Shown: piece by piece, positions 38,238 through 51,789 of the stretch | Layout of the letters: every line of letters begins with the position of its first letter | Position numbering within the stretch: position 1 is the stretch's first letter | Source of the DNA: Chiloscyllium plagiosum | Taxonomy: Eukaryota | Reading direction: 5' to 3' | Length of the DNA stretch: 62,874 nt | Assembly: GCF_004010195.1 (NCBI RefSeq) | Contig: NC_057719.1 | Span: 28,629,153 to 28,692,026, forward strand | Position numbers and translations under genes: made by a program | The notes under the pieces: generated by a model | The model's database searches: none | Told to the model about the DNA's origin: nothing | What the model saw: the letters and a program-made list of their open reading frames with translations, nothing else

Positions 38238-38856
38238 TTTTGCTTCTTCACAATCTACAGACCCAGAAAATAACACAGTCTTATTCCTCTACAAATACTG
38301 CCCCAGATTAAATTAATAGTTATGGCTTACATTTTAAGTTTAATCAAGACACATATCTCCAAAAACATATGATCAAGAAAGAACCCTCTGCTGCAGACTT
38401 TCTGTCAGTCACACACTTAAAACAATACACTTATCTGATTCTGTGCTGTGAACTTCGCCCAACAGTTCCTCCAAGATCAGTTGTGAATTTCACTGTTTGT
38501 TAATTTTCCCAGCAATACATGAATTCAAACAGCAAAGGCAGTATCAGTTTCTTTCTTTCTTTCTCTCTCTCATGCACTGACCTCACCTCACCATGTGCTT
38601 CCTTTATCTGTTCTTCTCCCTTTTAAAACTGCTGTTGTTTTGACTTATTTTTCCCAAAGTTCCAAAACAATGCAACAGCATATAAAACAGTAATTGCTGC
38701 TCCTGGAAGTTGGGGAAATCACCTTCAGCACCTAAAATACCTCAAAAAAGGAGCAACTGTTACAGCCAGAAGTTTTTCCCATCTTCCATATTGGATTACG
38801 TAGTTTAGGTCGTCAAGGAGACTTACAGCGTGGTTGCCTTCACCGATTGGGCCATA

Positions 38857-39376
38857 TCCTGATGAAGGGTTTAGGCTTGAAATGTCAACTCGTCTGCCCC
38901 TCGGATGCTGCCTGACCCGCTGTGCCTTTCCAGTGCCACTCATAGATGCAGATGTACAGCACTGATGCAGGCCTTTCGGTCTAACTCATGCATGCTGATC
39001 AGGTATCCTATATTAGGGCTGGGGCTATTTTCCCTGGAGTGTCAGAGGCTGAGGGGTGACCTTGTAGAAGTTCATAAAATCATGAGGGAATAGAGTGAAT
39101 AACCAAGGTCTTTCTTCCAAGGTAGAGGAAATCAAAACAAGAGGGCATAGGTTTAAGGTGAGAGGGGAAAAATTTAAAAGGGACCTAATGGGCAACTTTT
39201 TCATGCAGAGGGTGGTACATTTATGGCATGAGCTACCAGACGAGGTGGTGAAGGCTAGTACAATTACAACATTTAAAAGGTGTCTGGATGGGTAAATGAT
39301 GAGGAAGAGTTTAGAGGGATATGGGGTAAATGTTTCGACTCTGACTCTCCAGCATCTGCAGTCCTCACTTTCTCCT
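38857..39376 (+). mobile_element. Decayed family A PLE split by CR1 pieces (about 38940-39326)
   Basis: cctgatgaagggtttaggcttgaaatgtc...ctttccagtgccac resumes as ctctgactctccagcatctgcagtcctcactttctcct. Confidence 0.7.
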
Positions 39377-42262
39377 ATAAAATTTGGCAAGTCATGTTGC
39401 AGTTGTATAAAGCTTTAGGCTATATTTGAAGTATTGTTTGCAGTTCTGGTTGTCACACTATAGAAAGGTGTGGAGGCTTTAGAAGGGTGCCAAAGAGATT
39501 TACCAGGATTTTACCAGGGAGTATTAGCGATAAGCAGAGGGTGGGAAAACATGGATTGTTTTCGCAACAGCATTAGAGGCGGCTGGACCTGATCAAATAT
39601 TGATTGGGTGGATAGTCAGAGTCTTTCCCAGGAGCATCTAGGGAGCATAGCTTTAAGGTGAGAGGGAGAAAGTTTGAAGGAGATGTGTGAGACAAGCCTT
39701 TTACACAGAGGGTGGTAGGTACCTGGAACACACCCAAGGGAGGTGGGAAAAGCAGATATAAAAGCAACATTTAAGAGGCATTTAGGCAGACACACGAACA
39801 GGCAGTAATTACAATGATACAGACCAATCAAAGGCAGATGGAATTAATTTAGAATAGCATTATCATTGGCACAGTCATGGTGTGTTGAAGGACATGTTCC
39901 TGTTCTGTACTGTTTTATATTTTATGTTCTATGTTCTATATCTAAACAAAGAAATCACACAATTGAAGGGTCAGTGAAGATCTGACACAATCTAGGTCTT
40001 CTATGCATCACCATCTTTAAATAGGGAGAACAAGAATAAAGATATTTGTAACCCAAAATGCCTTTGCATACTATTTAAACATGCATTATACACAAAGGGA
40101 GCTTGCAATATCATTTTATCAGCTTGGCCACCAACCCAGGTTTTATGCAGAACAATCTCTGGATTCTAATTTCAGAACGAATTACCCTGCTAAACAGCAT
40201 TGAAAGAAAATATTTGAACACAAAATTCTAACAAATTAGCAACTGATCTTTTACAAATTCAATTTTCCTTATCCGTTACCACATTTTACCATGAAATCCA
40301 AACTACTTCCATATCCTCCCAATTCAGCTTAGAGTAGAATATCAAGCAAAAGAAACAAATACAATCAATAGATTTCAATGGCAAAGAATACCATGGTTAA
40401 GACTAAGAGAGTCAGATTCCAAAGTGAAATCTGACTTGATAGATCAGAAGTCCGTTGTTTGCTATCTGGTTACAAGGTGCACAAATAATGAAGATTTAGA
40501 AGGACATTTAGAAAATGTACTTTTAGCAAAATAACGCATTTATTACACACAAAAAAACCAAAAGCTACATATATGATCATTTTTAAAGATCTTATGATAA
40601 GAGAGAAAGATTTAACCCTTTTTGTTTCAACAATATCCTTAACAGACACTCAACCCCAATGAAATATCACTCCTGTGTTAACATTTCTTAGTCAACTGAT
40701 GAGATTGCAAATGCTTCCTTTCAACAACTTTCTGCATGTTAAGTAGATGCGATTTCCTCCATCTCTCCCTGTAATATATCAGCAAGCTTATTCACTGATC
40801 TTCGCTCACAAAATCCCAAATTTTTAATCCTGTCCATTTGGAAAGCCAAATTAGCGCAAGACTACTTCCCAGGTCTGTGGACCCGGAGGCTGCCAAAAAC
40901 TAAGCTGCTGTTCTGCTGTTAAGAATTGTTTCTTCTGAACTCAACTAGCATGTGCTCACTAGCTTCCCCTTCATGATCATAAATCTCAGTCAACAGTAAG
41001 CAGCAATCCTCTCTCCAGATGGTTTGAATCATTTAGACTAAGTTATCATTATTTCTTGGAAAGGTTGTATGTGGTCATTACTATTTTTAAAAAAAATCAA
41101 ACTTTTCAACATTGAGAAACAAACTATTACTTTAGGAAAATAAAGTAGAAATACATTCTCCCGAAATAATAATGTTTATAAACTGCCCCATGAAATTGAA
41201 AAGGAAGCTGTAAGACATATTTTCATTTCCTATCAAAATTGCCTCCATTGCTTTTTCTATTTAACACTGATATAGAAGTATATCTGTACAATGGAGAATA
41301 TTTCTACGTATAATATAGAAATACATTAAACACAAGAGCTTTCATGACAATCATGTTCTATGCAAGTACATTTTGATCACAGTATTCACTTTCCTCCATA
41401 TTTGCTCATTACAAGGGCTCCATTATTGTACCTTCATGAGACATGAACGATATTCAAATTACATGGCTGCAGTATAAAACTCCAATAAAACAAAATGTCA
41501 GACTTTTTAATTATGGAAACATTTCCAGAAAGGGAACAGATGATACATATAAATAACACACTCTGCAATACTATGGAATATGCAGATTTCAAACTGTTGT
41601 ACACCCAAATACCAAGCTCGGTGCCTTTCTCTCCACTACTGAACATTTCTATTGACATGAATTTAGCTTGCTTGAAAACTACAGACTGGCTGTACAATCC
41701 CCATCTTTGCTCCTTGTGTTAAAACTGACATCAACAATAACTTTTCATGGGTTATCATAATTTGGTACTGTTAAAATTTGTTCAGCAGTCAATACAGTTT
41801 TCAGATTGTCAGAGGCAATCTTCTGTCCTTTCAAATGTATTGTTTTCTTCAACAAATATGTCAAAGGAGTTGCTACCAATATATCACTGAATTCCACATT
41901 TTGTCTTAGTCAGGGAAAAGTGCAAGATATCAGGGAGTCAAGGGTTATGGGAAAAAGGTAGGGTAGTGCTGTTGAGGATTGTCAGATCAGCCATGACCTT
42001 ATTGAATGGTGGAGTTAACATGGGCTGAATGGCTTACTTTTGCTCCTGCATCTTATGGTCCAACCTCATAAAAAAACAGACTAACCTATCCATAACAATT
42101 TTTATGGTAATTTTGCCCAAAGCCCAACATCACTAGTTGTTAAAAGATACTAATTCGTACTTCTAGTTTTAGATGGAGTCATGCACTATCTGTGGAACTC
42201 ACTGCTTAAAAGGGTGCTGGAGACAGAAACCACCAGACATTTAAGAAGTATTTAGACACACC

Positions 42263-42541
42263 GGGTGGCACAGTGGCAGGCGGCACTGGTTAACACTGCT
42301 GCCTCACAGCACCAGGGACCCACATTCAATTCCAACATCGGGCGACTGTCTGTGTGGAGTTTGCACATTCTCCCCGTGTCTGCTTGGTTTTCTCTGGGTG
42401 CTCCGGTTTCCTCCCACAATCCAAAGATGTGAAGGTTAGGTGAATTAGCCATGCTAAATTGCCCATAGGTGGGTTACTCTTCCGAGGGTTGGTGTGGACT
42501 TGTTGGGCCGAAGGGCCTGTTTCCACAAGGATTCTATGATT
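42263..42541 (+). mobile_element. HE1-type V-SINE inserted in a CR1 3' remnant
   Basis: tRNA head, V-domain and gattctatgat tail. Confidence 0.9.
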
Positions 42542-44004
42542 AGATGAACACTTGAAATGCGATTGTACACATCTCCTTCCCTCAATCCTGACTCCACAAC
42601 AAGCACTCATTTATTTATCTGGGAACCCACAGCCTCAGCAAACAGGCACCATAATCTCACACTGCCATTTCACAAGAGCTGTCAAAATGGCTGACTATGC
42701 AGATGGACATTAAAAAAAACTCCCTTTGAAATAAAATATTCAGAACCTCAAGGAGTCTGATTTACTTTGTCAAAAATCAAAGAAGAAGTTAGTTGGCTGC
42801 CCTGAGTCTGCTCCTCCTTCCTCATAGGTTCCTTGGGAACATGGTCTGCCTGTGCCACATATTATAGTTTTAGTGCTATTTCCTTTCATGATGCACCCTT
42901 TTCTGAGGACTGTAGTAATTTCTGTTACTATTATTGCTCTCCCATTCACTTCCTGCAATTAAATTTAGTATGTTTGGACCTAATACAATGGAAGCACATT
43001 TTATTTAAATATCACATTTAAGTTCTAGCCTCTCTCCTTTATTGTGTCAGCATCCTTTTGTTTGCTCTCTAAAACTAATATTTTTACCATCCCTGGATTT
43101 TCTGTTCTTCCAATTTCCTTGTTGATTCTTATTTCCACACATGTAACTTGTAATGGAGAGATCACAGATATCTGCCAGAATCGCTGCTTCTCAGATTATT
43201 GATATCTTATGATCATTTAAATAAGTCGAGAGAGTTAGTGGAACACTAATCTGTAATTCTTCCAAGATAGATAAATTCTCTCACATTTTCAACTCTTTTT
43301 CTCTATAATATTTCTTTCTACTTAGCAAATTCTACAAAGTCTGATTAAATTCCAGGCACAAACACATAAGCACTGAATTTAAATACTTTCAGTCTGCAAA
43401 TTGTTTTTCTGACAAACTGGCACACATAATCACATGAAGAGATACTGTAACATTCAAATGGAAACATTTTTTGAGCACTTTATTTTCCCAGCCTCTTTTT
43501 CAAAGTAGATGAAATATCTTACAACCCCATCCTCTAAATTTAGACACCCAATGTAGATTTTTAGTTAAATCACCAGATGTGATTCTTGCCATGAGTTAAA
43601 TCAAACTTCTCATTGGAATCAGAATCATCCTCTGAGCTAATACCTTTTCTTTTTTCGTTTTTTTTTAAAACTTGTCTCTAGCCAAGTCATGTTGCTCAAT
43701 TTTCCTGTGTCTTTGGAGTTCAAGTTATCTAAAATTCCACTTCTCTTTATTTTTCTCTCTCCTCACTTTGCAATTCACTTTTTTGTACTTTCAGCTCTCT
43801 CCTTTCTTTCTCCTACTTTTGCATTTTTGTCCCATTGCTCCTTTCTCTTCCAATTCAAGGATTTTTCATTTCTCTTTACTCTCCGAGTCAACTTCAAAAA
43901 AAATTAATAGAATCTTAACGAATTCCAGCAATTATATCACAATTTCAGGCTTCCTGGCTTTTAATTATAAATGCCAGATCATCATCTCATTCTTATGAAC
44001 TAAA

Positions 44005-45058
44005 TTGAACTTATTGTCACATGTACCGAGGCACAATGAAAAGCTTTGTCTTGCGAAAAATACAGGCAGATCACAGAGTTAAGTAGCATAGATGAGTAAA
44101 TAATAGGTAAACAGTGGCAAAAACAAAAACACAGGTACAGGTGAATGTAAACAGCTTGTGAGTCCATTCAGTATTCCAACAACAGTAGGGTAGAAACTGT
44201 TTTGAAACTGGCTGGTGCATGTGTTCAGGCTTTTGTACCTTCTCCCCGATAGAAGAGATTGCAGAAAAATATTGCCAGGATGGGATGGATCTTTGAGAAT
44301 GCTGGCAGCCTTTCCTTGACAGCGAGCCTGGTAGATGGATTCTGTAGATGGGAGGTTGGCCTTTGTGATTGTCTGGGCCGAGTTCATCACTCTCTATAAC
44401 TGTCTCCGATCTTGAATGGTACAGTTGCCATACCAGGTAGTGATACATCCAGACAGAATGCTCTCGATGGTGCACCTATAAAAGTTGGCAACGGTATTCG
44501 CCGTCATGCCAAATTTCCTCAGCTGCCCGAGTAAGAAGAAACGTTGTTGGGCCTTTGTAACCAGTGTGTCCGCATGAAGAGTCCAAGAAAGCTTGTGGTG
44601 GATGACCACTCCCAGGAACTTGGCACTCTCGTAGGGGAGCATGAGTAGCATCCCATCGAAAGTCAATAATAAGTTCCTTGGTTTTGCTGGCATCGAGAGC
44701 TAGGTTGTTCTCAATGCTCCATTTTTCTAGGTCTTCCACCACCTGTCTGTTTTGTTGCCATCTGAGATTTGACCAACTATGGTGGTGTCATCAGTGAACT
44801 TGTAAATGGCATTAGTCTGGTATTTGGCAATGCAGTCATGGGTACACAGTGAGTACAGTAGGGGGCTGCGTACGCACCCCTGGGGAGCTCCACTGTTGAG
44901 TGTTAGTGAGGATGAAATACTGTCCCCGATCGGATTGTGGCCTGTCGGTCAGGAAACTGAGGATCCAGTTGCAGAGAGTGGGGCTTAGTCCAAGATCACT
45001 AAGTTTAGTTATCAGCCTCAAGGGAATAATAGTGTTGAAGGCTGAACTGTAGTCAATG
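44005..45058 (-). mobile_element. Rex1/Babar-like LINE 3' fragment
   Basis: [67 protein letters not shown]. Confidence 0.9.
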
Positions 45059-47454
45059 AATGCTCATATTTATCTTAAATTTATCTGATAACTCTCTCCT
45101 TGTTAAAGGTCTTCAAATAATCCATTGTTATGTCTTCTACCTCCAGAAAGGTCTTAGCAACAATTAAGGTTATTTTGAAATTCCAAATTTCATTAGTCCT
45201 ATTCTTATGCCCAGTACCTCCACATAACGGAGTTCAGTTAGATCAGCTAGCTGAACGGCTGGTTTACAGAGCATGTTGATGCCAATAGTGTGGGTTCAAT
45301 TGCACATTGGATGAGGAACTTCTCAACCTTTCCCCTCGCCCAAGGTGTGGTGACCCTCAGGTTAAAGCACTACCAGTCATCTCTGAAGAGACAGCAGCAC
45401 TATGGTGTGGTAAGACTAAGGCGACTTTACCTCCACATATTTATTTCTTTAAAGATCCACAGACCCTTCTTAAATTCAATGGATTTTTATCCTTTGAAGA
45501 TCAATGCTTGGTAGCTGATGGTAGTATTGGACAAGTCTGATCCTCGATTGATAGACCATATGTTTTAATTTTGCAATTTGGTTACTGCCATGGGCAATCA
45601 ATAAACATATTTGCTACCAAAGCTACCAATGTATTTTTAACAAAGGAACATAAACATACTACACAGAAGGAAAAATGAAGTTGGAAGTTGTAAATATAGA
45701 TGATTTGAAAGATTTTATCATAAACAACAAGAAAGGAAGATTAATCCTTTTCCCGAGCAAAATCCATTACACTCATCCAAACCCAGTGAAGTATCAATTC
45801 TATCTTCAATTTAATATTTCGTATTCAACTAATGAGGTCATCAACAATTTCTTTCATTGACCTTCTACATATTCATCAGATGTGATTCTTGCCATACTGT
45901 CCCTCTCCTGAGACACATAGACAGACTAACTCACTGACATTTCCTCACTGATCTAGAAGATAAACGAAGGGATTTTTCCAACCCTGTCTATTTGAACAGT
46001 TAAAACAGCTCAATACTTATTTTCAGTGCCATTGGCCTGGGGCTGCCAAAAATAAAGATGCCCTTTTTCTGGTAAGGATCTTTCTTTCGGAGTTCAGTCT
46101 GATTTTGCTTCTGGCCACCCTTTTCCGGTCATAAAACCCTTTTAATAACAAACAGCAATTATCTCAACAAGGTCGTTTTTTGAGTCATTTAGCTTAAGTC
46201 ACATGATGCATTAGCTCACTGTTCCAAATTACTTTCTGACACATCCACGGAAATAAAACAGATCAGATCTTCACAGCACTGAAAACCAAATTTCCATTTA
46301 CCTCTACTTCAGAATCCAATTCCCAACAGTATACATTGTAAACTTCCATCATATAATATAATGAAAAGTTGCATTTACCAACTTTTAATATAGAATACAT
46401 CCTAAAGCACTTCATAAAGAAAGAAAAATGAACACTCAGGTAAAAGGAGGTAAAAAAGAACAGTTTGGGGAGGGAAGTACAAAGTGTAAGATTTAGTTAG
46501 CTGCAAGTTGAGATGTGAAGCAAAGTTGAGGCCAATGCATGAAAGTCTGGAATCAGAGAAATCGGTAGATCATGGAGCAAAATAGTATATTTGATGCAAT
46601 GTAGTATATGGTCATCAAAAACTTTTATAAGCTGTTTTCAGAGGGTGGAAAATAGAAGGGCAGACATATGAATAAAATAATTTTAAAAATGGTTTTGACT
46701 AGAGGTATGAATCAGCATTAACCAGCACATAGATTGAGGTAGGAGCAGAATTGGCTGACATTATTAAGGGATCAGAGATGGAAACTCAACCAGGTTGAGC
46801 AGGAGAATGAGGCTGCAAATGTAGAAACTGTCTGTTAATGACAATCTGAGAGAGATAGACAGGGAGGGATAGAGTGAGAGAGAGCAACAAGGATGTAGAA
46901 TTTGAGGTTGGAGCTAAACAGCTTCATTCTTCAGAATGTTTAGAAATTTCAATTGTAAGAGTAAAAGGATAGTTTCATTCTAATGAGATGTAATGATTTA
47001 TTCTCTGTTTAATCAAGTGTAATATATAACTATATGTGCATTGCAACAGCTATGCTATCATAACCTTGAAACCGGCTATTTGCATTATCTTTCATAAAAT
47101 AGTCAAACTCTAAATATGAGAACTATGTGCATGAAGCAAACATACTAATAGTAACAGGCAGAGATTAACCCAAAACCTGTTAATATATATCCACCAATCT
47201 CACACTATGAATCAGATCCATTGCCAAAACTGACAGAAAAGCCCAGCTGGATGTCTGCCAGAATAAATTGGCAGTAGACTCAAATTCCCTTTCAGTAAAT
47301 TTAAAAATATGTTCACACATATTTAATATACACTTGTCAATTTCCCATGGTGTTGCATATAGTCAAGACTAAACATAATCTTCAGAAAAATTGGGGTAGA
47401 AAGGGAGAGATTATTGGAATGGAGCAGCTTTTTAAAAATTTTTGCAATGAAATT

Positions 47455-47872
47455 TGGGCAGGATTGGCATTTTTTGCCTATCCCTAACCTGCCCCTAAAC
47501 TGAGTAGCTTGCAGCTGAGAGACAACCACATTGCCATAGGTCTGGTCTCACAGATAGGCCAGAGCAGGCAGAAACACATTTCCTTCCCTCGAGGACAGTG
47601 GTGAACCAAATGGGTTTTTATGATAGTTGAAAAGTGTGGTGCTGGAAAAACACAGCAGGCCAGGCAGCATCCGAGGAGCAGGAGAATCGACGTTTTGGGC
47701 ATAAGCCCTTCTCTTATGATAACCAACAATGGTAATAAGGTTGCCATTAAAGTAGATTTCATTCCAGATGTTACTGAATTCAAATTTCACCACTGGCCAT
47801 TGTGGGATTCAAACTCATGTCCTCACAGCACTAGTCTGGGCCTCTGAAGTGTGAGTCCAGTAACATTATCAC
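47455..47872 (-). mobile_element. tRNA-derived SINE interrupted by a family A PLE fragment (47626-47713, TSD ttatgata)
   Basis: Homologous to 48408-48710; TSD at 47618-47625 and 47714-47721. Confidence 0.75.
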
Positions 47873-48407
47873 ATGATAAAGCTGGTTGTTACCTATATAC
47901 AATTTACTTCCTAATTTTGCAATGCTATTGGTAACCAAGGGGCATAGATAAGGTAATTGGCATCAAAAACATAAAGTAGGTGAGGGGAAAATCTACACAT
48001 ACACATCATGCAAGAAACAGGAGAACTTGGTACATGTAGATATTGTTACAGAGGAAGCACAGGGTCAAAATCATCTCTTCCTGTTGCTCTCATATCATTT
48101 AATATTCCCAAATTAGTGTCTAGGATTGTAAAAGATGGTGCTCAGAGAGTAGGTAATGAAATAATGATGAAAGGATAGGTAACAGGAGGTAACAGATTTA
48201 AATTATTTTGCAAATGAATTAGAAATCAAAAGAGCAAGAAGAAAATTTTTATCTTGCACTCATCAGAACAAATACAAGAATGCCAAAAAGGAAAATTATG
48301 CAGCCAATTAATATGATTGGGTATGCTTGAAAAAAATGATGGAAACAGATTCAATTGTAACTTTCAAATGAAAATTGAATACATATCTGAAAGGAAACAT
48401 TTTGCAG

Positions 48408-50322
48408 GGGGAGACAATGGCCTAGTGGCATTATCACTAGATTGTTAATCCAGAGACCCACATAACATTCTGGGGAGCTGGGTTCAAAACCTACCATGGC
48501 AGATGATGTAATTTAAATTCAACAAAAAAAACCTGCAATAAACTGTCTAATGATGACCAAGCAACCATTGTTGACTGTCAGGAAAATCCCATCTGGTTAA
48601 CTAATGTCCTCTAGGGAAGGAAACTACCATCTTTACTTGGTCTGGCTTACATGTGACTCCAGACACACAGCAATGTCATTGACTCTTAACTGCCCTCTGG
48701 GCAATTTGGCTACAAGACGTAGGAGCATAAATTAGACCATTCAGCCCATCAAGTCTGCTCTGCCATTCAAGTTTCTCAACCCCATTCTCCCGCTTTCTCC
48801 CCTCAACCCCTGATCCGCTTGATACTCAAGGACCTATCACAGTCTTAAATATACTCAATGACCTGACCTCCACAGCCTTCTGTGGCAATGAATTCCATAG
48901 ATTCACCACTCTCTGGCTGAAGAAGTTTCTCCATATATCCGTTCTAAAAGTCTTCCCTTTATGGTATGCCTCAGGGATCAGTGTTGGGACCACAATTATT
49001 TACAATTTATATAGGTGATTTGGAGTTGGGGACCACATGTACGGTGTCAAAATTTGCTGATGACACTAAGATGAGTGGCAGAGCAGAGTGTGCACAGGAG
49101 TATGAAACTTTGCAGAGGAACATAGATGTATTAAGTGAGTGGGCAAAGTTCTAGCAGATGGAATACAATGTTAGTAAATGTGAAGTCATACATTTTGGTA
49201 GGAATAATAGCAAAATAGATTACTACTTGATTGGTAAAAGGTTGCAGCATGCTGCTATGCAGAGGGACCTGGGTGTCCTTGTGCATGAATCACAGAAGGT
49301 TGGTCTGTAGGTACAACAAGTAATTAAGAAGGCAAATGGAATTTTGTCCTTCTTTGCTAAAGGGGTTGAATTTAAAAGCAGAAAGGTAATATTACAGCTG
49401 TACAAGGTGCTCGTGAGGTCACACCTGTAGTACTGTGTGCAGATTTGATCTCCTTACTTAAGAAAGGAGGGGGTGCAGAGGAGGTTCACTAGGTTGATTC
49501 TAGAGTTGAGAGGTTGGCTTATGAGGAGAGGCTGAGTAGGTTGGGATTATATTCATTGGAATTCAGAAGAATGAAGAGGGACCTTATAGAAACATATAAA
49601 ATTATGACGGGAATCGATAAAATAGAAATAGATAGGATGTTTTCACTGGTGGGTGAGACTAGGACAAGAGGGCATGGCCTCAAGATTAGAGGATACAGGT
49701 TTAGAACTGAACTGAGAAGGAACGTCTTCACCCAGAGGTTTATTAATCTATGGAATTCCTTGCCCAGGGAAGTAATTGACGCTACTTTAGTAATCACTTT
49801 TAAAGCTAAGGTACATACTTTCTTGAAAAATAAAGAAATTAAGGGATAAGGATTAAACGCGGGTAAGTGAAGCTGAGTCCGTGAAGAGATTTTCCATGAT
49901 CTTATTGAGTGACGGAGCAGGCTCTAAGGGCCGGATGACCTACTCCTGCTCCTAGTTCTTATGTTCTTTACTCTAAGGCTATGCCCTCAAGTCTTAGTCT
50001 CGCTCTCCAATGGAAATATCTTCCCAAAATCTACTTTGTCTAGGCCATTCAGTATTCTGCATGTTTCAATTAGATACCGTTCCCCCCCCCCCCCACCTCA
50101 TCCTTCTAAACTCTATCGAGTATAAACCCAGAGTCCTCAAACATTCGTGATATTAAATTTTTAATTTCTGGGACCATTCTCGTGAACCTCCTCTGAACAT
50201 GCTCCAGGGCTAGTAATCCTTCCTGAGATATTGGGCCCAAAATTGTGCACAATGAAGGATAGACGACAAATGCTGCCTAGCCAGCGAAACCCTTATCCCG
50301 TCAATGAATAAAGAAAAAAAAG
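48408..50322 (+). mobile_element. tRNA-derived SINE (48408-48710 plus 50255-50322) split by a minus CR1 (48712-50252), which is itself split by a plus CR1 (48962-49967)
   Basis: SINE A/B boxes tggcctagtgg / gggttcaaaacc; inner CR1 PQGSVLGPQLFTIYI, KFADDTK, LEFRRMKRDLIE; possible TSD cttta. Confidence 0.8.
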
Positions 50323-51789
50323 TGCACGGCAGGAAAATTGAGCTAATTTCATTGCTTGTTCAAAAAGCTATCACAGGAATGATGGACTAAATTAACTCTC
50401 TCTGCACCAGTAAAATGTGATCATTTGTACGTAGAACGGACAGTGCAGAAATAGGACATACAGTCCATCTGGTCCATACCAACATTTATGTTCCACGCCA
50501 GTACAATTATATAATTATAAAATATATAACTTTCCATAAGGACATGAAAGATACATCCATTTAGCAAGAACAGATATCGTATTGTTGCAAATTAAATGTT
50601 ATTTTGCAGTAGTCTAAAAAGTGGGCAAATAAATGAGCTACGAAGTCCCACCATGGGCAACAGATCCAAAGACAGTGCAAGTTTATATAGGCAGAATCTA
50701 AAAGAGGTTTTGCAGCGCATAGGGAAAGATCAGGGGAAATTGAACTATGTGGACAGTTCTGGTTCAGGCAGACTGATCTCATCATAAATGATTGTACAGG
50801 AATTTATTATAGAAAGTAGTCATAAAAGATAGAAATATAAGAAGAAATGAAGTTTTGTGAACAAGCTGATCAAGCTATCGTGACATTGCACCTTAGCATA
50901 CATGAATGATAAGTGGACTTCTTTCTGAGGAAAGATTACACAAACTAGGGTTGTATTCCCTAGAATTTAGAATATTATAGGGAATTGATAAAAAGTTTAA
51001 GATATTGAGAGAAACAGATACAATAAGGCAAGTGAAACAATTTCCACTGATGTAGAAGTCAGTGCCTAAAAGTTAGAGGCACAATTTTCAAGAATGAAGT
51101 TAAGTAACATTCTATACAGTGAGTAGTTCAAGTTCACAAATAACTGCAATTTTTGCAAGATCAAATGTTAAAATTAAAGCTGAACTGATGGATTTTAATA
51201 GATCTATTTGGTAAACGGTCTTCTACTGTTCCTATGTTCAATGAAGGTGGCTTGGTTGGTAGAACTCATCCACCTCAGAATGTAAATACAAGGCTGACAT
51301 TACAGTGCATTACTACATTGCCATAGGTGTCACATTTCAGATGAATTTAACTGAGACCCACATCTGATCTCTAATGTGAAATTAAAAAGTTCGACATGCA
51401 CTATTTCAAACAGTAGGGGAATTATGCTTGATATCATGTCTGTTTAGCCTTCATTCAACATTCATTCATTGTCACAATACAGTTTGTAGGATTTTGATGT
51501 GTACAAATCTGCTGTCTGGTTTTCCACATTACAACAGAGTTAAATGGCTTCAAGACACATCGAGATGTCTGATGGTCATGCAAACAGCTGTATAAATGTA
51601 ATATTTTCTTTCTGTGACCAATATTTATTGCCATTCTGAGGAGGATAACCTGGGCAAATCCACATAGAAAATGTCAAAGCACAAGTCCTTTGCATAGAAC
51701 CTCAGATTATAGTTCTATTTTAAGAAACCAAAGTATCTTATACCGCTTTGTGGTCCCAAGAAAGCCCTATACAGTATTATTCTTTTTTA

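Larger units (their letters stand above)
32205..38800 (-). mobile_element. Near full-length HER1/CR1 LINE (5'UTR, ORF1, ORF2, 3' tail) with two nested insertions
   Basis: Co-linear ORF1 (37321-38237), APE endonuclease (KLNCIYFNARGLRGKADEL..DIIAITETWL), RT (KSPGPDQVYPR, NYRPVSLT, YMDLSKVFDKLPH, KFADNTK) and (CTATGACT) tail at 32205. Confidence 0.92.

Noticed and set aside
21045..42541. tRNA genes at A-box/B-box motifs
   Set aside because: All continue into SINE bodies and lack a full cloverleaf.
43140..43300. Ig-like peptide INNLRSSDSGRY on minus
   Set aside because: Followed by a stop with no Cys, and adjacent to VENVREFIYLG, an RT-like remnant; most likely a decayed LINE.
40720..46052. Short minus ORF MDRIKNLGFCERRSVNKLADILQGEMEEIAST and a repeated 12-mer ggctgccaaaaa (about 40888 and 46041)
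   Set aside because: No splice context or recognisable homology; a single 12-mer match is compatible with chance.
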